Shown here: positions 26,670 through 40,296 of the stretch, piece by piece | Position numbering within the stretch: position 1 is the first letter of the stretch | Layout of the letters: every line of letters begins with the position of its first letter | Origin: Octopus sinensis | Lineage: Eukaryota | Direction: 5' to 3' | DNA: 64,000 bases | Assembly: GCF_006345805.1 (NCBI RefSeq) | Contig: NW_021833094.1 | Location: 23,599-87,598, forward strand | Position numbers and translations under genes: made by a program | The notes under the pieces: model-generated | Database searches by the model: none | Told to the model about the DNA's origin: nothing | Seen by the model: only the letters and a program-made list of their open reading frames with translations

Positions 26670-27085
26670 TTTTCCTTCTTTCTTCAGATTGTCTTCCGTT
26701 TCTCGCCAAGTGTTTTCCGTACACCTAGAGCAGAGAAGCTCATTGTATGCATTCCCAGAGTATACACGCAAATTCACAGGTAAAATATGTATTTAAAAAT
26801 TAATAAACAAATAAATTCATGGATGGATGTTGTTTTCACAGCCATAATGCTCTTCTCAATACATGGGTCGTTCCAGTTAACAAGATTTTCTGCACTTCCT
26901 GTAGGGATGGTAAGCATGGTATCATTTTCAAATAGGTTTCAATACCTTTTTTTTATCATTCCTAGAGATCCTACAATCACTGGTACTGTAGTCGCCTTGA
27001 GATGCCACATTTTTTTCAATTTCTATTAGAAAGTCTTTATATTTACTAATCTTGTCAAATTCTTTCGACGCTATATTATGATCGC
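26670..27085 (-). mobile_element. 5'-truncated R4/Dong-like (RLE) LINE: ORF C-terminus, 3' UTR and (AAT)n tail
   Basis: Minus translation DHNIASKEFDKISKYKDFLIEIEKMWHLKATTVPVIVGSLGMIKK, a frameshift in an A run, then GIETYLKMIPCLPSLQEVQKILLTGTTHVLRRALWL* (stop at 26836-26838). The UTR ends gaagaaggaaaataataat. Flanked by (ATT)n on both sides. Confidence 0.85.
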
Positions 27086-27090
27086 ATTAA

Positions 27091-27133
<43 letters not shown>

Positions 27134-27337
27134 TTATCATTATTACTATTATCATTATTGTTATTATCATCATCATCATCATTATTATTATTATTATTAT
27201 TAATATTATTATCATTATTATTATTATCATTATTATTATTAATGTTATTATTATTATTATTATTATCATTATTATTATTATTCTTATTCTTATCATTATC
27301 ATCATCATCATCATCATTATTATTATTATCATCATCA

Positions 27338-27380
<43 letters not shown>

Positions 27381-27818
27381 CATTATCATCATCATCATTA
27401 TTATTATTATTATTATTATTATTCCGTTCTCCTTATAAATATTTGGTTCAATTCCAATATAATCAGTCTCTATATTTAATTAAGCAAACCGTGAAACCAA
27501 GGAGGTGTTACAACTTATATTGCGAAGAACATAATAACGGCCAATTCTTCAAAGAATACACACTCAAAAATAAAATAACAAAAAAAAAACTAATACAAGT
27601 TCAATTGTATGGTGAGAAAAAAATACATCAATGTTTTAACTCCCCAGATGACATAACGTTTATTGGCGGGCATCAGAATATCTTGTCAATTAGCTAAGTT
27701 CCATCCTGGTTAGACCATAAAAAAAAACTTTAACTATTACGTAAATAACTCGCTTGCTTCTTAGGTATCATCACTATAAATAGGTATATAAGTGTATATA
27801 TGTTTATATGTATGTATA

Positions 27819-27863
<45 letters not shown>

Positions 27864-27911
27864 ACATAGATATATCTTTTTTTTATTTTATCTAGTATCT
27901 TCTGCTTGCTT

Positions 27912-28057
27912 CAGCTTTGAGACTGCGGCGGCCGCGCGATGCTTTTATATTTTTTTTTTTTATTTTTAAGCCTGGTGTATATTCTATCGGTTTCTTGTGC
28001 TGAAACGCTAATCTATGGGGACGTAAACACACCAACACCGGCTGTCATGCGGTGATG
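27912..28057 (-). mobile_element. SINE family A tail, degenerate
   Basis: gagactgcgg...ttaagcctgg...ggggacgtaaacacaccaacaccggctgtca. Confidence 0.7.
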
Positions 28058-28192
28058 TTAAAAACACAGGCACAAATAGATAGACAGACACACACACACA
28101 GACAGGTAGCTAGCTACATAGATAGATAGACAGTCAGACAGAAAGATAGATATGAAGATAGACAGACAGACAGATAGATGGATAGATGGATG

Positions 28193-28301
<109 letters not shown>

Positions 28302-28553
28302 GTTTTATTATTGGCCACACAGGGCTTCACACAGATGGGACAAGTTACAAGGTAGAGCTTTTCTTTTGGGGGATGAAAAAAACAAAAATAAAAGAAACAA
28401 AAAAAAGGTGGCGTAGGTTTTCGATCAAAAGGGATCGTAAAAGGGGAAAAAAAGAAGAAAAAAGAAAAAAAAGAAAGAGAAAAAAAGAAGAAAAGGAAAA
28501 GGAACAAAAGAAAAGAGTAATGAAAAAAAGAAGAAAAAAGGGGAAAAAAGGCG

Positions 28554-28695
<142 letters not shown>

Positions 28696-28749
28696 GGATT
28701 ATTCCTCAAAGCAGTTTGATTCCTCCCAGTGCAACTTAAAGTGTGGTTG

Positions 28750-28960
28750 ACGCATCAGAGTAACCAGGCTCGTCAGGTACAGGCAGCTGAATGAAGAGCT
28801 TTAGGAAATTCGAGATCGCTGCTGGACCCTTAGAATGTCATTGGTCAAAAGGCGCCACGTCATGTTGTTCGAATTATAGCGATATCAACTCTATCTGAAT
28901 TTCTTAGACTACGTGACTGAACAGGATTTTGGTGGTGCTTTGCTATCTGACTGGTATGCA
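28750..28960 (+). pseudogene. Possible decayed LINE reverse-transcriptase fragment
   Basis: KGATSCCSNYSDINSI resembles the KGD..C.NYRGISLL motif. The rest is unrecognisable. Confidence 0.3.
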
Positions 28961-29335
28961 AACGAACTTCAGCTGCAATGGTAGTCGGCGAGGGCGTGTG
29001 TGGGCGTGCTTGTGTGTGTGTGTGTATGAGCATATATAAATAAATATATATATGTACCTGTGTGTATATATATATATATGTGCGTGTCTCTGGGTGTGTT
29101 GATGTATGCGTTTGTATATGTATATGTATGTTTATTCTCAAACATACATTCACATTCCTACGTATCTGTGCATCATAAGAGTGATAAAATTTATGAGCTG
29201 ACGTAATAGATCTACATGAATCATAGTCGCGTCAGTGAAATGCTCATACACACATACACACACATGTACACACACGTACGTACATTCATAAATACATACA
29301 TAAATACATATACACATAGTGAGGCAGCTATATAT

Positions 29336-29366
<31 letters not shown>

Positions 29367-29660
29367 ATGTATGTATATACATATGTAGGTATGGATTTAT
29401 ATATATATATGAATATATACATATATATGCATATATACACGCATGTGAGTGTGTTCGTATGCACACACTCCTAAATATATATATATATAATTTTGTGTGT
29501 CTATATATATGCGCACATACACACACATACGCAAACACACACATATATATATATACATATATACATATAATTGTATATACATACATATATACACAAACAT
29601 ATATATATGTATACACATTTACACATAGACACACATGCGTGTGTGTATGTTTCTGTGTTT

Positions 29661-29741
<81 letters not shown>

Positions 29742-30135
29742 GATGTGTATGTATACAAGATATGTATGTACAGTATAACAATTAATCGCTGATAGTTCAG
29801 ACATGTAGAGGAAGTCCAAGTGTCGCCCAAGGCATTATGGGGTCAGTCGAGCACGAAACAAGTATAGATTATGTTCACCGAGACGAACTAATCCGATATG
29901 GTGATTCATTTCACGGAAAACTACGACAACATTTGAATATATTCTCCGGTCTTAATCGCTATTTCCGAATTAACAATGCCTACAGTCTTCGAAACGATGT
30001 CATAATAATCTATGAATCATTATTTGTATATCCTTCCAACCCATTGCTTGTTACACTACATGAAATGTCACAAATAGCAACATACCCCCATAAAATGAGA
30101 ATTGGTTCCTCTTCTCTGTGTTCCATGATTTCTTA

Positions 30136-30763
30136 TTTCTTTATTGCTCACAGGGGGCTAAACATAGAAGGGACAAAGGGATTACGTCGATTATATAGAC
30201 CCCAGTGCGTAACTGGTACATAAATTGCCGCCCTCGAAAGGATGAAAGGTAAAGTTGACCTCGGCAGAATTTGAACTCAGAAAGTAGCGACAGACGGAAT
30301 ACCTATTTCTTTACTGCCCACAAGGGGCTAAACACAGAGAGGCCAAACAAGGACAGACAAAGGGATTAAGTCGATTATATCGACCCCAGCAGGTGGCGAG
30401 CTAGCAGAATCGTTAGCGCGCCGGGCGAAATGCGTAGTTGTATTTCGTCTGCCGTTACATTCTGAGTTCAAATTCCGCCGAGGTCGACTTTGCCTTTCAT
30501 CCTTTCGAGGTCGATAAATTAAGTACCAGTTACGCACTGGGGTCGATGTAATCGACTTAATCCCTTTGTCTATCCTTGTTTATCCCCTCTGTGTTTAGCC
30601 CCTTGTGGGTAATAAAGAAATATATATCGACCCCAGTGCGTAACTGGTACTTATTTTACCGCCCTCGAAAGGATGAAAGGCAAAGTCGACCTCGGCGGAA
30701 TTTGAACTCAGAACGTAGGGACAGATGAAATACCGTGCTAACGTTTCTGGCAGTTTGCCGCCT
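30136..30763 (-). mobile_element. SINE family B dimer with a 19-bp TSD, interrupted by an inverted B copy
   Basis: TSD tgtgttccatgatttctta at 30117-30135 and 30764-30782. Internal junction gacggaatacc|tatttcttta at ~30303. Confidence 0.88.
30390..30622 (+). mobile_element. SINE family B, full length, inserted into another B copy with a 14-bp TSD
   Basis: TSD tatatcgaccccag at 30376-30389 and 30623-30636. A-box-like tagcagaatcgttag and B-box gagttcaaattcc. Confidence 0.92.
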
Positions 30764-31079
30764 TGTGTTCCATGATTTCTTACATCACAAATCGTGGGCC
30801 TCTAACCTTTGCTGTTTCTGCTCAGCTTAGATTTTTAGACTGGTTTTTCTGTAACCATCTGGTAAGGACCACGTCTATCATAGTTCTTTATCTCCCCAGG
30901 CTACTTCTTCCATTCATTTACTTTTATAAGCAAAGCCTATATCTAGGACAGAGGCAGTGTTAATACACAGAGAGGTAATATTTATCTCCACTTAAAAACT
31001 GATGTTCTGTTAGAGCAAATTATACAGCGCTAGATGCCAGGACAAACACTCATATTGTTCTTTTGGTACAAAATTCCCT

Positions 31080-31299
31080 CTTGTTTATATCGCTAGCCGG
31101 AAGATAAATCTCCTCTACCTCCAGCAACGCAAGTATCAGATCACGTAATTTCGAACTTGCGTGATCTCATCAGTGACGGCCACCCAACTGCTAGGAGCAG
31201 CTGCGATTCATCTCACCGACAGCGATATATACATTGACAGTGGCAGAACAGGTGCTACATGTAGCCGGGATTTCTCTCCCCGCTTGCGATATAAACAAG
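31080..31299. mobile_element. Candidate 220-bp MITE-like element with ~39-bp imperfect terminal inverted repeats
   Basis: cttgtttatatcgctagccggaagataaatc (31080) versus the reverse complement of 31261-31299, cttgtttatatcgcaagcggggagagaaatc. Internal hairpin agatcacg...cgtgatct. No TSD seen. Confidence 0.5.
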
Positions 31300-31676
31300 G
31301 ATGTATTTTTCTCCAAAAAATACCAGTATCAGAGTTTTGTCTGATGGTATTTACTGCAGCATGTTTCATTAAAACATCGTGGGTGTTCTAATCAAACATC
31401 CACAATTAGATGCAGATCAATATTGCCTCCCGGTATAAGCAATGTGTTCAAGATTTTTTTCTTTCTTGTTCGATATCCAATCGTTTTACCATCGTAAGGA
31501 TAAAAAATAAACACGTTAGATATTGCAGCCACAGATACGTTTACTGGGTAAAACAAAATATAAATAAACATGAATTAGCTATTATTGAAAGGCAGTTGGT
31601 CTTAGGTTTACAAAATCAGATCTGACCCACTGCTAAAAGCAGCATCTTGTGAATTACAAAGCAACAACAGCGTACT

Positions 31677-31858
31677 CGCTGGCAGAATTGTTAGCACACC
31701 GGGAAAAATTCTTAGCTGTATTTTGTCCGTCCTTACGGTCTGAGTTCAAATTCCGTCGAGGTCGACTTTCCCTTTCATCCTTTCGAAGCTTCGATTAAAT
31801 AAGTATCAGTTATACACTCGGGTCGACGTAATCCCTTCCCCCAAATTTGAAGCCTCTT
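31677..31858 (+). mobile_element. SINE family B (variant tail)
   Basis: gctggcagaattgttagcac...ctgagttcaaattcc...cccccaaatttgaagcctcttgt. Confidence 0.85.
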
Positions 31859-32190
31859 GTGCGCGACATGGTGATCTCATATCAAGATAAACAGCACATG
31901 ACCTTGCAGGTGGGGCCCAGTTAGAGTTTTCTTCAGGTTGAGTAGCCCATCCCACTCAAAAGGTCCCTGAATAAGGGTTGTTTAAAGATGTTGAAAGAAC
32001 CACCCCTGTTTCCAGAGGTGAATTATTCAAACCCCAAAGAATCCCTCTATGATGCTCCCCTACTCCTTCTGCTCGTGATCAGAGATGCACTTATTGTCAG
32101 CCACTAAGGGACATGCTCAACTGGTTAAGGTCAAACAACTGACAAGCAAATCTGTGGTATTGAGCAGAATATCTGCTGTAGCCCATCTTT
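31859..32190 (-). mobile_element. Family E element, truncated copy
   Basis: Reverse complement of the middle of 44331-44878 and 45076-45629. It abuts (ATT)n at 32190. Confidence 0.9.
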
Positions 32191-32239
32191 ATTATTGCTA
32201 TTATTATTATCATTATTATTATTGTTGTTGTTGTTGTTG

Positions 32240-32270
<31 letters not shown>

Positions 32271-32592
32271 TATTATTATTATCATTATTATTATTATTAT
32301 TATTATTTTCATTGCTATTATCGTTATTATCATTGCCGTCGTCTCCATGATGATGATGTTGTTGACATGGTTAGTTACGTCATTCTGTTTCATACTTCGA
32401 AAGTATACACATGCAGAAATCTGTATATGTGTGTGTCGATGTGTGCATTCCTGTTATGTGTGTATACATAAATATAAACATACACAGACACACACACAAC
32501 CATACACACACTCATACATATAATAATTATGTATTGATATCTTTCTATATGCATATGAATAAATGCATTTGGATATATAAATATATATGTAA

Positions 32593-32648
<56 letters not shown>

Positions 32649-32676
32649 AAGTGAGTGTACATGTGTTTATATATAC

Positions 32677-32708
<32 letters not shown>

Positions 32709-32912
32709 GTATATATATATATATATATACACATATATAGATTCATATATAAAGAGAGACATATGCAATAGATATATATATATATATGTGTTATATGTAT
32801 ATGTATATGTATATTATATTATATATATAATATTATATATATATATATATATATATAAGCATATATATATATGATATATATATATTACATACATATATAT
32901 ATATTATATATA

Positions 32913-32945
<33 letters not shown>

Positions 32946-33848
32946 ATATATAATAAATAATATATATATTATATATATACGTGTGTGTGTAGGTATGCAT
33001 GTATATATGCTATGTATGTATATATATGTGTGTGTTGATAGATATATAATTATTTATGTACGTTTGCGTGGATTTGTGTATCGAGTCATCTTATCTATGT
33101 ACGTATATACACTCACGGGTAAGCTGAGTTTAGCAGAGCTTGCGTGATGAACAAATATCACCAATACTTTCCATCAAAGTACTTTGATAATTTATTGATG
33201 CCGTCCTCGGAAAGTTACAAACTTCTAACAGAATTGAAGTCACGATTTAATTTTAGAAAAAGAGAAAGAATAGTTTATTTCGCATCAGTTTTAGAACAAT
33301 ATTTCCTTTTCACGTTTCTTTTATACGTTCATTGAATCTATTTTCTAACATAAACATACATAACATAACACAACATGGCGTCCAGCAGTTTTCTTGGTTA
33401 ACTTTTGACCTCATGAAAGACTACTGTCTCTGCTCCAACTCTATATATTATATTTATGCTTGTACGTACGTACGAGCGTAGGTATGAACGTACGTATGTA
33501 TGTATGTATGTATGTATGTATGTATGTATGTATGTATGTGTGTATGTATGTGTATGTATGTATGTATGTATGTATGAATGGATGGATGTATGTATGTAGG
33601 TGTTATGTATGTATTAGGTATGTATGTGTGCTTGTATGTATATGTGTATGTGTGTATTTACGCATGTAGATATATTTGGATATACGTATATACTTATACA
33701 TGCATGCGCGTCTGAATGCAGGGGGCTAGGCTTGTGTATGTAGCAACTCAAAGCAAGATACAGAATGATAAATATTATATACAAAGATGAATGTGTATTA
33801 AAATATATATACATGCATACACATATGAATATGAATATACAACACACA

Positions 33849-33928
<80 letters not shown>

Positions 33929-33984
33929 AAATGGTGTCTTACTTTTCTCTATGGTAAAGTTCTCAAAGCATTAACTTATATTCT

Positions 33985-34047
33985 TCAAATACATACATAC
34001 ATACATACATACACACACACATACATACATACATACACATACATACA

Positions 34048-34081
<34 letters not shown>

Positions 34082-34231
34082 CATACATACATACAAACAT
34101 ACATACATACATGCATGCATACATACATACATACTTGCATGCATACATGCATACATACATACATACATACATACACACATATACATACATACATACTTAC
34201 ATACATACATACATACATACACACACACACA

Positions 34232-34265
<34 letters not shown>

Positions 34266-34422
34266 CATACATACATACATACATACATACATACATACAT
34301 ACATGCATACATACATACATACATACATACATGCATACATACATACATACATACACACACACACATACATACATACATACATCCATACATACACACACAC
34401 ATACATACATACATACATACAT

Positions 34423-34453
<31 letters not shown>

Positions 34454-34550
34454 TACATACATACTTACATACATACATACATACATACACACACACACAT
34501 ACATACATACATACATACATACATACATAATATAACATACATACATACAT
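33985..34550. repeat. (TACA)n array
   Basis: Direct reading. The HTYI and MYVC ORFs are artefacts. Confidence 0.95.
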
Positions 34551-34551
34551 A

Positions 34552-34912
34552 GGCGCAGGTGTGGCTGTGTGGTACAAAGCTTGCTTCCCAACCACATGGT
34601 TCCGTGTTCAGTCCCACTGCGTGGCAGCGTGGGTGTCTTCTACTATAGCCTCGGGCCCACCATTGCATTCTGAGTGAATTTGGTAAAAGGATACACATAT
34701 GCATGTATGTACGTATGTATGTATATTTGTGTGTATGTATATATATATATATTTTGGTGTGCCTGTTTGTTCCTCGCCCACCATTGCATGAAGACTCATG
34801 CTGATGTGTTTATGTCCCCTTAACTTTGCGGTTCGGCAAGATAGATCTATAGAATACGTACTAGGCTTACAAAGAATAAATCCTGGGCTCGATTTGTCCG
34901 ACTAACACCCTT
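34552..34912 (+). mobile_element. SINE family A, near full length
   Basis: ggcgcaggtgtggctgtgtgg...ttcagtcccactgcgtggc...ctaggcttacaaagaataaatcctggg. Confidence 0.88.
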
Positions 34913-34956
34913 GAAGTTCTTTGTATATTTTTGTTGGTCATAATTCTTCATACCAG

Positions 34957-35057
34957 TATGTAATTCCTGACGAAGAATCTAATTTTTATTTCATGAAGAG
35001 CTTTTCGTTTTTGTCTTTGGAATTACTTAGATTCCAAAACAATTTGTAGAATGCATA
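34957..35057 (+). ncRNA. Degenerate type-I hammerhead motif with a long stem-II loop
   Basis: tatgtaattc CTGACGA A GAATCTAA [44 nt] TTAGATTC C aAAAC aattt GTA gaatgcata. Stems I, II and III are all present, with G12 changed to A. Confidence 0.6.
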
Positions 35058-35527
35058 TTCGTTCTATACCAACCTGGAATATGAATTAAAGATCGTCTAC
35101 ACCTACAGTTTTTCCTTTCCTTATACTTCATATGTATATATATATTTTTTTAAAATAGAAAATTACCCTTTAACAGGTAATTTTTACATGCTAGAAATAG
35201 CAGCCAACACTGCCAAAACCACAATTTATTAGCAAATTTCGAAGTAAATGAAAAATACAAACCTTTACCTTGTTATTTAACGGTTATACCATGGTTTCGA
35301 ATTTCTGTACAAATAATATTACTTGCCATCCTTTAATAGATCATTTAGCAAGACAATATTACCCACCAGGCGAATTCTCGTCAGTAACCGGCCTCAATAA
35401 CTAACTTATAATTCAGAGACAAGATAACACGAGCTTTTATTTTTTAACACTGCTTTAGAGAATGAAACAAAGATTCAGTTACCCTTCCCATTGAGTTACT
35501 GGGTTCATTAGTGATGGATATCCTCTT

Positions 35528-35887
35528 TACTCTTTTACTCTTTTACTTCTTTATCTGTTTCAGTCATTTGACTGCGGCTATGCTGGAGCACCGCCTTTAG
35601 TCGAGCAAATCGAACCCAAGACTTATTCTTTTTAAGCCTAGTACTTATTCTATCGGTCTCTTTCGCCGAACTGCTATGTTACAGAGACGTAAACACACCA
35701 GCATCGGTTGTCAAGCGATGTTGGGGGGACATCGCTTGAGAGTTTCCATCTACCAAATCCACTCACAAGGCTTTGGTTGGCCCGAGGCTATACAGAAGAC
35801 ACTTGCCCAAGGTACCACGCAGTGGGAATGAACCCGGAACCATGTGGTTAGTAAGCAAGCTTCTTACCACACAGCCACTCCTGCGCC
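35528..35887 (-). mobile_element. SINE family A lacking the central microsatellite
   Basis: The tail and head are joined at gggacatcgcttgagagtttccatctacc. Confidence 0.9.
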
Positions 35888-36408
35888 TATAGAGGAAATG
35901 GTAGAAAGAATGAGTGTTACAGATAGTCTAACAATCAATATCTGTTCTGTAGATTTATATTTGGTAAACAGGGAAAACATTCTTCGCCAATGCAAATCTA
36001 GAGAACAGACATTGATGTTAGACTGAGCGACCGGTTATAACACTGGGTCTTCGAGTGACAACAAGAATTGAACTCACGGCAAGATAAGGAACAATTTCTC
36101 AGATCTACCATGCCAAGTGATTCGACAAGGCAGCCTTTACGCGATCGCTCAGTCGCTTAAAATGATATAGTAGTCAAATCTTTCTTAAATCACACGATGC
36201 TGCCTCGAAAATAGAAATAACCATATTGCAAATAAGCTAACCGGGTGGATCGTCTCAGTTGGAACGTCTATTATCAGATTTATTCATTTCCGATTTACCG
36301 AACAAGAACATAATCCACGACAATAACAAAATTAACATAAGTTAGTGTCCAGTTATTCTCACTTCGTACTGCCTATGTCTATCTAGGTGTACGTGGCTCT
36401 TTCAGTGT

Positions 36409-36634
36409 TACTCTTTTACTCTTTCTCTCTTTTACTTGGTTCAGTCACTTGACTGTGGCGATGCTGGAGCACCGCCTTTTAGTCTAGCAAATCGACCCCA
36501 GGACTTATTCTTTGTAAGCCTAGTACTTATTCTATTGGTCTCTTTTTGCCGAACCGCTAAGTTACGAGGACGTGAACACACCAGCATCTGTTGTCAAGCG
36601 ATGTTGGGGGACAAACACAGACACACAAACTTAT

Positions 36635-36677
<43 letters not shown>

Positions 36678-36856
36678 CACACACATATATATATACGACG
36701 GACTTCTTTCAGTTTCCGTCTACCAAATCCACTCACAAGGCTTTGGTCGGTCCAAGGCTATAGTAGAAGACACTTGCCCAAGGTGCCACGCAGTGGGACT
36801 GAACCCGGAACCATGTAGTTCGCAAGCAAGCTACTTACTACACAGCCACTCCTACG
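36409..36856 (-). mobile_element. SINE family A, full length
   Basis: Reverse complement of the full consensus, with central (CA)n(TA)n. Confidence 0.92.
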
Positions 36857-37363
36857 ACTATGCTATGCATCCTGACCACAAAGGAAACAATGTACTATTG
36901 CTACCACAAAACACACCATCCGAATCTGTCCCCATCCATACGGTCAAGGTCGCTTTTATTCCGTTAGTTTTTTTTATCAATCGACAAAGACGGCGAGTAT
37001 TTAGATGAATGCAGATAGATAGAGGGTTTGTCCAGTCAATCTTTAGAGTGAATTAAGGGAGATCAAGGAAGAGTGAGTGTCGGAGGGAGTGACAGAGAGA
37101 GAGAGAGAGGGGAACAAAATGAAGAAGGAGAGAGTGTGAAAGGCAAAGAAATTGGGGGAGGGTAAGAGAGGCGATGAGGTAAAGAGAAAACTTTAGAGAG
37201 AGAAGCGTGAAGAATGTGAGAGAGAGAGAGGGGGGGGAGAATGAAGAATGGAGTGAGAGAAAGGGGAGAGGGAGAGGGAGCGGAGACGAAATGGAAATAG
37301 AGAGAGAAGATTATAAAGGAAGAATAGGATAGAGGAAGCGAAGGGAGATAAAAGAAAGATGGT

Positions 37364-37410
<47 letters not shown>

Positions 37411-37470
37411 TGAGACAGACAGAGAGACAGAGAGACAAAAACAGAGATAGAGACAGACAGAAGGAGAAGA

Positions 37471-37516
<46 letters not shown>

Positions 37517-37532
37517 TAGTAGTAGTAGTAGC

Positions 37533-37621
<89 letters not shown>

Positions 37622-37659
37622 AAAAGGGGGAGGAGGAGGAGGAGGGAGAATGACATGCA

Positions 37660-39075
37660 CGAAAAAGTGAAAGATTAATAAAATGAGAGATTGAGATGTG
37701 GAAAGAGAGTAAAAGGGAGAGAGAAAAACAAGAGAGAGAGAGCGGGGGGAGAGGGAAGGACAGAGGAGAGAAGGAGAATTAATGATGTATGCGAAGATAG
37801 AATGAAATATATAGAGGAGGAAAAGGGTTCACGCTCGAATGAGAGACGGACAGAGAGGAAGGAGGAGAGAGAGAGAACGTAAAGTGAAATGAAAGAGAGA
37901 GAGAGAGATAACAAGAATGAGGAGGAGGAAAGATAAATACAATGTGTGAAAGAGTGGGAAGAGAGGGAGAAAGAGAGAAGGAGAAAAGCTAATGAGAGAG
38001 AAAGAAAGAAGAGTGAGAGAGAATGAGAGACAGACGGAGAATATGTAGAAAAAGAGAGACAGAGTGATGCAGAAAGAGAGATAAAAAGAAGGGAAAAAGA
38101 ATGAGTAAGATGGGGAAGGGAGAGAAAAAGAGACAGGAAGAGGGTGAAGAAAGAGAGATGAGAAAGAGAGAGAAGGAGACAGAGAGAAAAGGAGAAAGAC
38201 ACAGAAGGAGAAATACACAGAAGGAGAAAGACAGAGAAGGAGAGTGACAGAGAAGGAGAGAGAGAGAAGGAGAGAGAGAGAAGGAGAAAGACAGAGTGAG
38301 AGAGGAGAGAGAAGGAGAAAGAGAGGAAACGAGAAAGATAGAGAAGGAGAAAGAGAGAGAAGGAGAGAGAGAAGAGAAAGACAGAGAAGGAGAAAGAGAG
38401 AGAAGAAAGAGAGAAAAACGATAAAGTATAGAGAGGAGAATAGAGAGAAGAAGAGTAGAAGGAGAAAGATAGAGAAGAAAAGATAGAGAAGGAGAAAGGA
38501 GAGAAGAAAGAGAGAAAACGAGAAAGATAGAGAAGGAGAAAGAGAGAGAAGGAGAAAGAGAGAGAAGGAGAGAGAGAAAGAGAAAGACAGAGAAGGAGAA
38601 AGAGAGAGAAGAAAGAGAGAAAACGAGAAAGATAGAGAAGGAGAAAGAGAGAGGAGAGAGAGAAAGAGAAAGACAGAGAAGGAGAAAGAGAGAGAAGAAA
38701 GAGAGAAAACGAGAAAGATAGAGAAGGAGAAAGAGAGAGAAGGAGAGAGAGAAGGAGAAAGACAGAGAAGGAGAAAGAGAGAGAAGAAAGAGAGAAAACG
38801 AGAAAGATAAGAGAAGGAGAAGGAGAGAAGGAAGAGAAAAGAGAAAGAGATAGGAGAGGAGAAAGATAATATAGGAAGAAAGAGGAGAAGGAGAGAGAGA
38901 GAGAAGAGCGGAGAGAGAAAAAAAAGAGAAAGACAGAAGTGGTATAGATAAGAGATCAGAGGAGACAGATAATTAGAAATACAAGAGAAGGAGAGAGAGA
39001 GAGAGAGAAGGAGAGAAAGAGAGAGGAGAAAGAGAGAGAGAGGAGGGGGATAACAAAGAGAATGGATGAAAAGAC
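37660..39075. repeat. Polypurine (GA-rich) tract with a ~85-105-bp higher-order repeat at 38300-38830
   Basis: The marker aaaacgagaaagata recurs near 38325, 38415, 38515, 38620, 38706 and 38795. Confidence 0.85.
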
Positions 39076-39484
39076 GAAAGGAGAAACAATGGAGAAATAT
39101 TGATGTTTTAGTGTTGTAACTGACAACTTTGTGACATTATTGATTGGGAAAAGAATTGATCACATGAGGTGGTGGTAGTATGTAGCAGTATTAGTTATAG
39201 TTAGTAGTAGTAGTAGTAGTAGTAGAAGTAGTTGGAGGTGGGGGGTTCAGTTACTATGGCAATTTACTGGGGAATCAACATAATTTCGCATACAACATAT
39301 CTGAATAGTTATCTCTTTTTCTCTCGTTTTGTTTCTTTCGACGGATAGGCGTATGTGCCGATGCGCACGCGCCCACACACATACACACATGTGTGTGCAT
39401 ATGTATATATATATATGTGTGTGTGTGGTGTGTATTGTGTATGTGTGTGAAGCGTGCACTCTTGCTTATTGGTCCATTATATTA

Positions 39485-39574
<90 letters not shown>

Positions 39575-39647
39575 AGTTATATATATATATTATGTAATGT
39601 ATGTAGATATCTAGATAGATAGATAGATATAGATAGATAGATATGTT

Positions 39648-39704
<57 letters not shown>

Positions 39705-40168
39705 TCGATTCACATATTCACACACACACACATATGCATATACACCCGTTTCCGATAAAAAGTACAATGCTTCTTCGACGTGTTGAATCAGAATTAGTCT
39801 CGGCAAAAGATTTGTCAACAGAACTGCTCACCGAACATGACATTGTTATAAATTATTTAATTGTCTTTTTTGTTCTGTGTGTGTTTTGTTTTTGTTTGTG
39901 GTTGGTATGCTATGGTATCTGTATAGTAAAATAAGACATGGAGGGAATTAATATCCACTACATGCGTAATCTCACATTGTAAGTCTTCTACTGCATAATC
40001 TTCTGTTTCAACGATTGTAACTCTCATCAGGCGGTGTAAAACAACATTATTTTTGTGTGATAAATTCTGCAGTGGAGGATACAACTAGTTCAAACGAACA
40101 AATTTGTTGAGAAACAAACACTTTATATCGCTATGTGCAACAGGATGGCATTATTATATGAAGGGCTA

Positions 40169-40208
<40 letters not shown>

Positions 40209-40296
40209 GTACATATATGTGTGCGTGTTAAATAAAATGAAACAACAAAACCGAGGTAGTGTGAAATTTCTAGGACATTTTATAAAGAGAAAGATA

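Noticed and set aside
31125-31180. CTGATGA followed by a stem on the minus strand
   Set aside because: GAAA is replaced by TGATA and no stem I or III partner was found.
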